Below, in pieces: positions 1-11,600 of a stretch of DNA of 32,031 nt. Where the stretch lies: contig NMRA01000337.1 of assembly GCA_002633005.1 (NCBI GenBank), positions 458,229 to 490,259 of the forward strand. Direction: 5' to 3'. Position 1 is the first letter of the stretch. The number at the start of each line of letters is the position of its first letter. Source of the stretch: Phoronis australis (taxonomy: Eukaryota > Animalia > Phoronida). A program made the translations under genes and the position numbers. Under the pieces are notes generated by a model that did not search any database, was not told the origin of the DNA, and was given only the letters and a program-made list of their open reading frames with translations.

Positions 1-3000
1 GTCCGCCCCTGGTCACTCCCAAGTTCGCGCCCAGTCATTCGTGCAGAACGATAACGCAACAATCACGAAGATCGGTTTTCAACTGATGACTGAAATTGAC
101 CTGGAGACTGGTTTGGCGAAGCAGCTTTCATTTCCCACCACTACAAAAGTAAAATAATTTCTCGCGAATTTGACAAATGTTTATTAAGTGTAAAAATGCA
201 TTTTTAATAACGAATTACCTTCGCAATCCGTAACTTGCTGAACCATAACGCAACAGTGACGGACTTTGAACACAAGGTTGTCATACGGCTGCTACCTGAC
301 CACGCTGCTCCTGCTAGTCGCATGTGAAGAAGTTAAATACTTTCTGTGAAGTCGACAATTAACAATTAATTTAAAAATATGAGTAACTGTTAGCATTTAT
401 GTAAAAACTACATTTCCATTGGCGTTCAGTCGTTCTTGCAGAAGGATAACGCATCAGTCACGAAGAGGTGTCTAAAGATCTGCCGGCGTGGTATGTCTGA
501 AATCTGACCACGCATCTCTTGTGACCGTATGTAAGGAAGTTAAAAACTTTACAGGAGGTCGACAATTAACATTTAACTGAAAATATGGCTGTATGTTGGT
601 ATTAAAGAATCCCTAGTTCCCGTCCAGTCATTCGTGCAGAACGATAACGCAGCAATCACGAAGATGGGTCTTCAACCGATGACTGAAGTTGACCTGGTTT
701 GACGAAGCAGCTTTCATTTCCCACCAGTGCAGATGTGTAATAATTTTTCATGAATTTGACAAATGTTTATTAAATGTAAAAAATATGCATTTTTTTATAA
801 CGAATTATCTTCGCAATCCGTAACTTGCTGAACCATATAACGCAATATTGACTGTGTTTGAACACAAGACAGTCACTCGGCTGTTACCTGACCACGCTCG
901 TCCTGTTAGTCGCATCAGGAGAAGTTAAATAGTTTTTATGAAGTCAACAATTAACTATTAATTTAAAATATGACTAGCTGTAAATCAAGAACTCGCGTGT
1001 TGGCGTTCACCTATTCTTGCAGAACGATGACGCAACAATCACGAAACTGGTCTACAAACCTCCCGCGTAGCTGAAATGTGGTCACGCAGCTCTTGTAAGC
1101 CGTATGTGCAGAAGTTTACAACTTTTCATGAAACCACCAATTAGCACTTGGCTTTAACATGAACGGCCTAGTCCTTATCAGGAAATCGCTCTCGAGCAAT
1201 ATGTTGCAGAACGATAACGCAACAGCCACTAAAATAGGCCTACAAATTCCCAGTACGGCTTAAAAATGAGGAATCAAGCCCCGTTAGCTACCTGTAAAGA
1301 AGTCAACAACTTTACATGTCGACAATGAACATAAAACATGACTGACTCAGTGTTTATTATAGAACTTTGCTACCATTCTTTCGTGCAGAACCATTACGCA
1401 ACAGTCACATACCCGATGGCTGAAGGGAGCCTCTAGACTGGTTTAATCAAGGAGTGCTCTCTTTTCCCTCATGTACACATGTGAAATCACTTTACGTGGA
1501 CATTTCGGTTTGACAATAGCTATTTAATGAATTAAAAATTGTCGGCATGTTTTATAAGGACTCAGGCTCTTCGCAGACGTAACTTGCTGAACCACAACGC
1601 AACAGTGACGGAGTTCGAGCACAAGATTGTCATACGGCTGCTACCTGACCACTCTGCTCTTGTTAGTCGCATGAAGAGAAGTCGACAATTAACTATTAAT
1701 ATAAAATATGACTAAATGGAATTATTTTTAAAAAGGTATGTTTTCGCTCAGTCAACTTGCAGAACGATGACGCAATAAGTCATACATATCTCCCTCCCGG
1801 CTGTAATATGACCACGCAGTTATTGTTTGCCGCATGTAAAAAAGTTGAACACTTCATATGAAGTCGACAATCAACTATTAATTTAAATTATGACGAAGTA
1901 TTTATTAAATAATTCTCATGTTAGCGTAACTTCATTTTTTTTTCGTTCTTGCGGAACGATAACGCATCTGTCACGTAAATAGGCGCACAAATCTCCCGTA
2001 CGGCTCTTATGTGATCAAGTAGCTACAGTAGAGAAGTTAACAACTCTACATTTAACTAGACAATCAACATTTTATACATGAATGACTAGTAGAGCATTTA
2101 TTAACGAACTCCCAATAACCCCCTCCTCGTCCATTCGTGCCGGACGATTACGCAGCTATCACGAGCATCGATGATCTACAAATCTCCCATGGGCTCTCGC
2201 TTGCCGCATGTTGAGAAGTTAGCAACTAATATGAAGTTGACAAACAGCTAATGACTGACTTGTAGTAAAGACCTCTCACAGTGTACCTAGACATTCGGTA
2301 ACTTGCGGAACCGTAACGCATCAGTGACGGACATTGGACCCATGAGTACTCACGTACGGCTGATACCTGACCATGCTGCTTCCGTTAGTCGCCAGGACAG
2401 AACTAAATTTGTTTAGATGAGATTTCTGTTCTGCAAGTGACCATTATTAATTTAAAGTAACTCGACATTTCTCACCTTCCCATTCGCGCTCAGTCATTCG
2501 TGCACTAACGGTAACGCGAGAATTGCAAAAATGGTCTACAANCCTGACCATGCTGCTTCCGTTAGTCGCCAGGACAGAACTAAATTTGTTTGGATGAGAT
2601 TTCCGTTCGGCAAGTGACCCTTATTAATTTAAAGTAACTCGGCATTTCTCACCTTCCCATTCGCGCTCAGTCATTCGTGCACTAACGGTAACGCGAGAAT
2701 TGCAAAAATGGTCTACAAATCTCCTGTACCGCTGACAGCTGCCGCAAGTAGAGACGTCAGGGACTTCATTATAAAATCGACCACTAATTCATAATATGTT
2801 CACACACAACCATTCTTGCAGAACAAGAAAAACGCAACAGCATGAAGCAGGCGAAGTCCCGCACGACTGAGATCAGACCGCCGACGCAGCGCCCGTTATC
2901 GCTTGCAGGGAAGCTAACTTCTCTATATGGAGTTGACAATTAACAATTAAATTCGAAGTTTGAAATTCACAAAACGTAAACACAAATTAGTCTACTATCA

Positions 3001-4670
3001 ACAAACACAACCATGTCACATTTGATATACACAACTTCCAAGTTTTCACCCCGATTACTTGTTGCTAACTCCACATTACGGCATCCGACATTTCAATGGT
3101 AAAGCACAATCTAGTAATATGAAGCAAAAGTGCGTCATATTACGAAAAAAAATGCGTGATGTGACACATTTTTGCGTGATATGACGCATATTTGCGTGAT
3201 ATTACGCATCTTTGCGTTACGTTACGCACGAGTGCGTAACGTNCAATTAACTATTAATATAAAATATGACTAAATGGAATTATTTTTAAAAAAGTATGTT
3301 TTCGCTCAGTCAACTTGCATAACGATGACGCAATATGCAATAAGTCATACATATCTCCCTCTCGGCTATAATATGACCACGCAGTTATTGTTTGCCGCAT
3401 GTAAAAAAGTTGAACACTTCATATGAAGTCGACAATCAACTATTAATTTAAATTATGACTGGCAGTATTTATTAAATAATTCTCATGTTAGCGTAACTTC
3501 ATTTTTTTCGTTCTTGCGGAACGATAACGCAGCAATCACGTAAATAGGCGCACAAATCTCCCGTACGGCTCTTATGTGATCAAGTAGCTACAGTAGAGAA
3601 GTTAACAACTTTACATTTAACTAGACAATCAACATTTTATACATGAATGACTAGAGCATTAATTAACGAACTCCCAATAACCCCCTCGTCCATTCGTGCC
3701 GGACGATTACGCAGCTATCACGAGCATCGATGATCTACAAATCTCCCATGGGCTCTCGCTTGCCGCATGTTAAGAAGTTAGCAACTGATATGAAGTTGAC
3801 AAACAGCTAATGACGGACTTGTAGTAAAGACCTCTCACACTGTACCGAGACATTCGGTAACTTGCGGAACCGTAACGCATCAGTGACGGACATTGGACCC
3901 GTGAGTACTCACGTACATGTACGGCTGATACCTGACCATGCTGCTTCCATTAGTCGCCAGGACAGAACTAAATTTGTTTAGATGAGATTTCTGTTCGGCA
4001 AGTGACCATTATTAATTTAAAGTAACTCGGCATTTCTCACCTTCCCATTCGCGCTCAGTTATTCGTGCACTAACGGTAACGCGAGAATTGCAAAAATGGT
4101 CTACAAATCTCCTGTACCGCCGACAGCTGCCGCACGTAGAGACGTTAGGGACTTCATTATGAAATCGACCACTAATTCATAATATGTTCACACACAACCA
4201 TTCTTGCAGAACGAGAAAAACGCAACAACACGAAGCAGGCGAAGTCCCGCACGGCTGAGATCAGACCGCCGACGCAGCGCCCGTTATCGCTTGCAGAGAA
4301 GCTAACTTCTCTATATGGACTTGACAATTAACAATTAAATTCGATATTTGAAATTCACAAAACGTAAACACAAATTAGTCTACTATCAACAAACACAAAC
4401 CTGTCACATTTGATATACACAACTTCCAAGTTTTCACCCGGACAACTCCACATTACGGCATCCGAGATTTCAACGATAAAGCACAATCTGGTAATATGAA
4501 GCAAAAGTGCCTCATATTACCAAAAAAAATGCGTGATGTGACGCATTTTTGCGTGATATGACGCATATTTGCGTGATATTACGCATCTTTGCGTTACGTT
4601 ACGCACTAGTGCGTAACGTGACGTATTTTTGCGTTATATCACGCACGCAAATTTGCGTTACCGTTACACA
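1..4670. repeat. Diverged ~190-bp-period repeat array with a terminal cluster of 20-bp palindromic repeats; possibly the subterminal region of an unidentified transposon or a satellite
   Basis: The motif TGC(A/T/G)GAAC(G/C)ATAACGCA recurs at about 42, 236, 437, 635, 826, 1018, 1205, 1384, 1585, 1758, 1950, 2138, 2304, 2501 and 2817. Monomers also share TGACCACGC, GAAGTTAA and GTCGACAATTAAC. TGCGT-N6-ACGCA units follow at 20-bp spacing in 4530-4670. Confidence 0.85.
3244..4619. other. Near-identical second copy of 1686-3242 following an assembly gap (likely allelic redundancy)
   Basis: The copy starts immediately after the single n at 3243 and differs by scattered substitutions and short indels. 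Likewise 2543-2718 repeats 2366-2541 across the n at 2542. Confidence 0.8.
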
Positions 4671-4989
4671 CAAATTTTTAATTGCCAATTACCAAAATGT
4701 CGTTTATTTGTTTTTCAAAGCAAAGACAGGAATGTGCTTAGAAAGTGATAGTCTTTCGTACCAAGTCATTTTTTTTGAAAATATCTGGGTATTTTTCATT
4801 TGCGTCACGTTACATTCCAGTTCGGGACAAAATGAGATTTTCCCTATTTTTAAATAAGATCGACTTTATAATAAAATTCGTGAATTTAAGCTAAACTCCC
4901 AAGGCCCTGCATGCTCTCTATGTGCACAACCCACAGAAAGAGAACAATAGAGTGCTTCACAGCTAACACAGATATTGTTCCGTTGAAGA

Positions 4990-5532
4990 ATGTCAAGGCC
5001 TGTCAATGACAATCGTCCAGGGCTGTAGGTGTATTCACCCTTGTGTAGATACGGCCTCATGTCAAGACATGTCACTGACAATCCTCCAGTGCTGTAGGTA
5101 TATGCACTCCTGTGTAGAGGTAAACTAACCCTTGTGTAGATACAGCTTCATGTCAAGATGTGTCAGTGACAATCATCCAGTGCTGTAGAAATACTCACCC
5201 TTGCGTAAAGGTATACTAACCCTTGTGTAGATACAGCTTCATGTCAAGATATGTCAGTGACAGTCATCCAGTGCTGTAGAAATACTCACCCTTGCGTAAA
5301 GGTATACTCACCCTTGTGAAGATACAGCTTCATGTCAAGATATGTCAGTGACAGTCATCCAGTGCTGTAGAAATACTCACCCTTGCGTAAAGGTATACTC
5401 ACCCTTGTGTAGATACGGCCTCATGTCAAGATATGTCAGTGACAATCATCCAGTGCTGTAGAAATACTCACTCTTGCGTAAAGGTATACTCACCCTTGTG
5501 TAGATACGGCCTCATGTCAAGGCCTGTCAGTG
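4990..5532. repeat. 91-bp tandem repeat (~6 copies) containing the 3' end and donor site of USP exon 12
   Basis: ccttgtg recurs at 5039, 5130, 5221, 5312, 5403 and 5494; the last copy is the true exon end. Confidence 0.95.
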
Positions 5533-5654
5533 GAAATAACACGTAGCTACTGATCTTTGATGAGAACATGAACTCATGCCTGAACCTCTTTAGATGGATA
5601 CATAGTATCTCTGGCAACTCAACCACTTTGGAGAACTTCATGCCATTACGCAAT
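5494..5654 (-). CDS. USP20/USP33: USP20/33 coding exon 12 ([54 protein letters not shown])
   Basis: tctcatag acceptor, gtgagt donor, 161 nt, phase 2-1; [12 protein letters not shown] motif. Confidence 0.96.
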
Positions 5655-8600
5655 CTATGAGAAATGAGACAATAGTACTCTGAAATGAGTCTAATAATGA
5701 GACAACAGTACTCTGAAATGAGTCTAATAATGAGACAACAGTACTCTGAAATGAGTCTAATAATGAGACAACAGTACACTGAAATGAGTTTAATAATGAG
5801 ACAACAGTACTCTGAAATGAGTCTAATAATGAGACAATAGTACTCTGAAATGAGTCTAATAATGAGACAACAGTACTCTGAAATGACTCTAATAATGAGA
5901 CAACAGTACTCTGAAATGAGTCTAATAATGAAACAATAGTACTCTGAAATGAGTCTAAACAAAATTATCTTTCAATCCACTCCAATTCTCACATTGGGAA
6001 ATGATTTGCGGAGGTAGAAAAACTAACACCCAGTTTTCCAAAGATACTCTCGAGTTCCGAATAGCCGTATCTATACAATTATTTATTTCAGACTCATTTT
6101 CCTGTCTATACGACACTTATTCGGGTCTCTACGTTTATTAATTTACTAACTTTTTTCCATGCTCCACGATTATTAGGTTCAGCAATTTCATAAGTTCTAT
6201 TTCATTCAACACCAATTCGGTACACAAAAACTTTGCTTCTAACAACGGGTATCGTACCTTGGTCATACTTAAGACGAATTGAAATCACTCTAAACCTCTG
6301 GACCAAGATACACTCAGTTCAAAGTTTGTAAATTAGAAGAGCTATATACGACTTCACGTTACACACGGAAGTCTCATGTCATACATATAAAAAGATTTTA
6401 TTCGCTAAAATATACTACTGTACATTTCAAAGTGTAAAATAATCGGACTCCCAAGCAAGGGTTTTACGCAGCGGCCATCTGTTGGACTGCCATAATGTTA
6501 TTATTTTGGACGGGATCGGTCAGATTTTGTTGGCAAAATTTAAAAAAGTTTGAAATGATGACCACTCTCTCAATATTAACGGCTGGTCGGCAGTCGTTCA
6601 AAGAAATAGGCCATTAGTAATTTCAGAACTGAGAAATTTAGTGCACAAAAAGTGCTTTCTTAGCGCATTTTTCAATACTCCGCGCGCCGCGTGACACAGA
6701 TCGGTGTTACCGGCAGCACAACTTACATATGGATAAAAATGCTTTCGACGAGTTTCTTCGGCTGATCCAATATTTACGATTGCACCCTGTGAAAAACTGG
6801 CAAGCCGTTACAACTTTTCACTGTGTCTGTCCCCGACGTTTGCGTTTGTGGGGGGAGTAAGTCCGAGATTTTGCACAGCCAGTGTCATCATGATTGACAA
6901 GCGCATTCTACATAGTTACTTACTCATGTCATCTGCCGTGCAAAGGCCTAAAGAACTCGAGGATTATTTTACAAACTGGTAGATGTTCTAGATACAGACA
7001 TTGATTCAGATGCTGGTACGACAAATAATTCAGGTAAAGATACGGACTGTGGGGATAACGCGGCCAGTAAACGAAGCGCAAATACCCGTGCAATTAATGA
7101 ACGGTGCCTAACCTTTCAATCAACGAAGTACCAACAAGTTGCCGACAACAATCATCGGACATCAGCATTTTTACAATTCGCTCCAAACTTGAGAATAGAT
7201 TGTTTTTATGAACAGGAAGAATGGATTTATGACAATCTTGAAAATGACATAGTTGCTAACATTCGACAATCCAGTCAATATCTTTATTGAAATTGATTTC
7301 CCATCCAAATAAATGGAAATGCACGTGAATCGGTTTGTTTATTATAGCTAATTAAATATTCAAGATGGTGAACTTAGTCGATGTCGTGGACTTGTATGTT
7401 GGGCAATTCTGCAAGAAATCTCAATTTCTGGCTGTGTAAAATTTTGGACATGCCGACATTTTGACGTCAAATTCTGACAAACATTACGAGGGTATTGACT
7501 ATGAACGTTGTTCAAGACATGAGACTGAGAGAAATCAAAGGCTTGACTGTCAGGAACATGTATGATAAAAATACAACTCGTTTTACCAAGACACTTTATT
7601 GTCTTTATTCAAACTGTCGGCTTCATGGAAACTGGACATTGCTGCTAAAATCTTTACCTACGTGTTATTAGTTTTTGGTTTTAGTCAACATTGGCATGAG
7701 TATGAATGTCATATTCTTTTTTGAGTAAAATGATTCCACATACTGTGTGAAACACGTTTGTATAGACTTCCATTTAAAGTTATTGAATAAACAAATGGTC
7801 TTTGTTTTAGCAACAACACTTTATTCCACTTCACTTTACTATGTTATGGCATAGGTGGATACACCACTGCAATAATTTAACTGGTGCTAATGTTCAGTTT
7901 AAAGGTTTTTCTTTGAAACAATTAAAGCGGTGGTAAGTCCAACAGAATTTGCTTCTTTGCACTATTACTCCCATCCATATCATTATTAGATTTTGCACTA
8001 TTATTTTCGTCTACCATTACTAGATTTTATGCAATACTACGTTTAATTTTCCACAAATTTCTCGTCAAAACCATTATTTCCTACAATTTGCTGTTTTGCA
8101 CTATTATTCCCTTCTATATCATTAGATTTTACCCAAATTTGTAATCAGTATTATTATTCCAGTCTATACTATGTTTAAATTTCCACAAATTTGCTGTCTA
8201 GACCAGTATTCCATTCTATACTTAGTCTATAAGTAATTTTTTCACCAATTTCCGCTCTATACTATTATTTTACTTTTCTAGTGTTTGGGTCTATACTGTC
8301 TATTATTAGAGTCTTTACTATTATTAGAAATTGTGAAATTTTCCGGTCTATACTATTATTGCAGTCTCTACAACTATTCGGAACTCGAGAGTAGGGCTGT
8401 TACTGCACTTCTGAGACAAATCAGACAATTGAAAAACACAATTTAGATACGGTAGTCAGTTTTATTTTTATATCTGCAATGCAACTCACTGTAAAACCAG
8501 TTAAATGTTGTTCACATCAGAATGGCAAATGGCAAACCAACTTTAATGTAATGTGATTGACAAGGCATCAGTGAAGAGCTGTGTGACTAGTGTCTCACGG

Positions 8601-11600
8601 ATGAGCAGCATTGTGGGTAAATGACACAGACTGAGAGAGGGCGCTGCAGTATTAGGGGAAGTAACTATTCTCAGAATAATGTGACATACTGCGATGATAA
8701 TGCTGTGAGCTTTGGACAATGCTCAGTTTCTACAAATACAATTAAAATGCATCTTTCAGGAAAGGTCATAGAAACAAAAAAATTATATGGAGTTGATGCG
8801 GACAAGTGATAATACTGTAGTTTTCAAAAACACGTTGCTGGTCGAAAATCAGAAAAATTTCAAAGCAAAGATCTTTAGGTATCTTCCAAATAATTTCGTA
8901 AAATTTTCTAGTTTTTGCCATAAGTTCGAGGAATCTAGACACAATTCACAAAATTCATCAACTTTTTTGAAAACTACAGTTTACTGCATTTGCCCTCAGC
9001 TGATAAGCACCCAGGGTGCTTAGAAAAATTCGTTTCGGGGGGACACTTATTGTAGCCCAAGACGGCCGAGACCCGGTCTCCGAAATGGGTGAAATTGCAA
9101 GGTAGTTACATCAAATTTACACTCTGTGATGTATGTGTAACCTATGACAGACTTTCCACAAAAATTGTGGTGCATTGCTATCAAACTTCGTTGTTAAATT
9201 ACGATCATTTTTCAGAAAATGGTGCTGAAATCCTATGGCGAAAACTACCGGCCAATGCGTCGTTGCCTCGCGATCGTCCATAGGGCAACTTGAATTCTTG
9301 AACAAAAATACAGTTTCGACTCAACAAATTACCTGAAGTCCTCATTAAGTTTTCAAAATAGTGTTCCTATGATTTTTAAGTTACTGCAAAATCGGGATTA
9401 ACTGCAGATTAAGTCCAAGAATGCGCCATACCGTTCCCCACAAAAAATCTCTGGACGAACACACATGTTGTCGCCATGTGACGTTTTTTTAAAGTTCATC
9501 TGCATGTGTGTTGAGCAAGCGAGCACGTGCCTGTCATCGGAGTTCATTTGCCAGAGTAAACGCAATGCGACGATCTATAGATGTGCATTGTTACTCAAGC
9601 AGTAAAAAATGTGTTTTATTTTGCACCTGCTGGTCTCATCTGCTAAAAAACATTCAGGAATTGTCTCGGTAAGGCCGACATGAAATTTCATTGAATCGTC
9701 GGGTGACTAGATGCGTGACAGTCCAAAAGTTATTTTCCGGGAGATTCGGGGTGTAAGGGTGCGAAAGTGTTCACTACTAGTGGGTCACTTTGATGTAAAA
9801 AAACAGTATGAATTATGATTGATTAAATAATTCCTCTTAAAAATAATGCATAAGTTTTTTTATGGTGTTAGAAATTCTCGGAAATTAGTGCCAATACTTT
9901 ATTCTTGCCGATGCTATGTTACCCGTTTCATGAATAGATAGTTCGGGAAGACTAATATCTTCGATGACGGGTAGATGTATGTGGCGAGCACTTCCTGGCC
10001 ACGTGCAATTAACAGTCAAGTCTTTTTAGTCTTATTGTACACATACATTTAGATTCCTGTTGGGAGAAGATGTGTATGGGAAGGATACAAAACAATGCAG
10101 TTGAAAAGTATGCTATCTGAAAGCCAGACCATAGTGGGACACATTACTCGCAAAATCAGCAAAACTTTTGCCTTCTGTTTGAAGCATGGCAGAAGTTTGG
10201 AGTGTGTAGCTAAATACCGACATAGCGGAGAGGCTCGTGGTCTACAAATTGCATCACAGCTAAATACCGACATAGCGGAGAGGCTCGTCGTCTACAAATT
10301 ACATACACAACGATTTTTTTCAGGACTGTCGGATCTTATTGATAAATTGAAAACGTTGCTGTACAATTTTAGAACTGTAGGTAAGGCAATTTCGCGTACA
10401 CGTTCATGGACTGGGCACTCATTTTATCAACGTCTGAAACCCATGGGGTGGGCACTTATAGGGACATGGGCGCTTCTTAGGGCAAATACGGTATTATATG
10501 CCACGAACAACTTATTCTTACTTGAAAAATGGCGTGTGGCTTGGTTGAAAGTTAGTTTAATATTAGAGATTGAAGTGGATTGTAAAATACACAAATAACC
10601 AGGAAGTAGTTCTGCTGGATTTCAAGCAACTTAACACGACACCAAAATTGTAAAACCAAACTGAGACTAAAATTTACTTACTTTTTACATCTTTCACAGC
10701 TGTACATATTATCACCTTTCAACTCATCTTCAGAAAAGAATGCAGATAGACAGTTGTCCAATTGGATATTGGGGCCCCAGAGCCAGCTGAAAGAAAAACT
10801 CTAGTTAGTACGATGCAAAGAGTGCCGTCTACATCCTTGGCCACACAGCCAGCAACACACAAACTTTGAGTATCTACAAACTATTACCATAACAACAGTA
10901 GATTTCACCAAATCCATCCTTAACAACTGGGACTCTAATTCCAAAATTTCTGGCCCCAGCTTAATAGACTGTGGAGCTGAGTAACCTTGCAAGACGTGTT
11001 ATAAAAACATCCAATCAAAACTGTTTAGCATACCACAAGTACACCATCAGTTACAGTCTTCCAAACAAAAGTATAGCATCAGTTAGTCATCCAAGCAAAA
11101 CTACAACAAATCATACATGAATAAAAAAGCGTGACAAATTAGCAAAAAAAAATGAGAAACTTCACACAACAACTGCACTCTATCAACAACTTTTTATGAC
11201 TGGACATTTGTATCATTTATCTACTAACCTTGTCATATATGACCAAATCCAGGTCATCCAACCTGGATTGACCTCTCCACACGAACCCTTGACCCTTGAC
11301 CCTTGCTGAGCATTCAACAAAGACACTTGGTCTTTGGATGGTATGGGAAGTGAAAGATCTTGAAAGGTTTCTTTGGTTGTTGAGAACTACACAAAAAGAC
11401 ATAAACACAAACTGTTAGAGCACGTTTGTCTCATCTTCATGCACTAATGAAGGTTTACAGTAAACACAAACTGTTAGAGCACGTTTGTCTCATCTTCATG
11501 CACAAGTGAAGGTTTAACGTAAACACAAACTGTTAGCGCACGATTCGTCTCATCTTCATGCACAAGTGACAGTTTACAGTAAACCGAACCAAAAGTATGT

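Noticed and set aside
1-4300. CRISPR-like array (conserved short motif with long variable spacers)
   Set aside because: The spacers are homologous to one another and ~170 bp long, the motif is degenerate, there are no cas genes, and the context is a eukaryotic intron.
10095-10598. 167-aa plus-strand ORF as a transposase
   Set aside because: No recognisable DDE or HTH motif. It runs through an internal duplication and across the element's terminal repeat.
10710-10716. Donor gtgata ending exon 11 at ELK-G
   Set aside because: The frame continues as the conserved [11 protein letters not shown] to a better gtaagt donor at 10681 whose phase matches exon 12.
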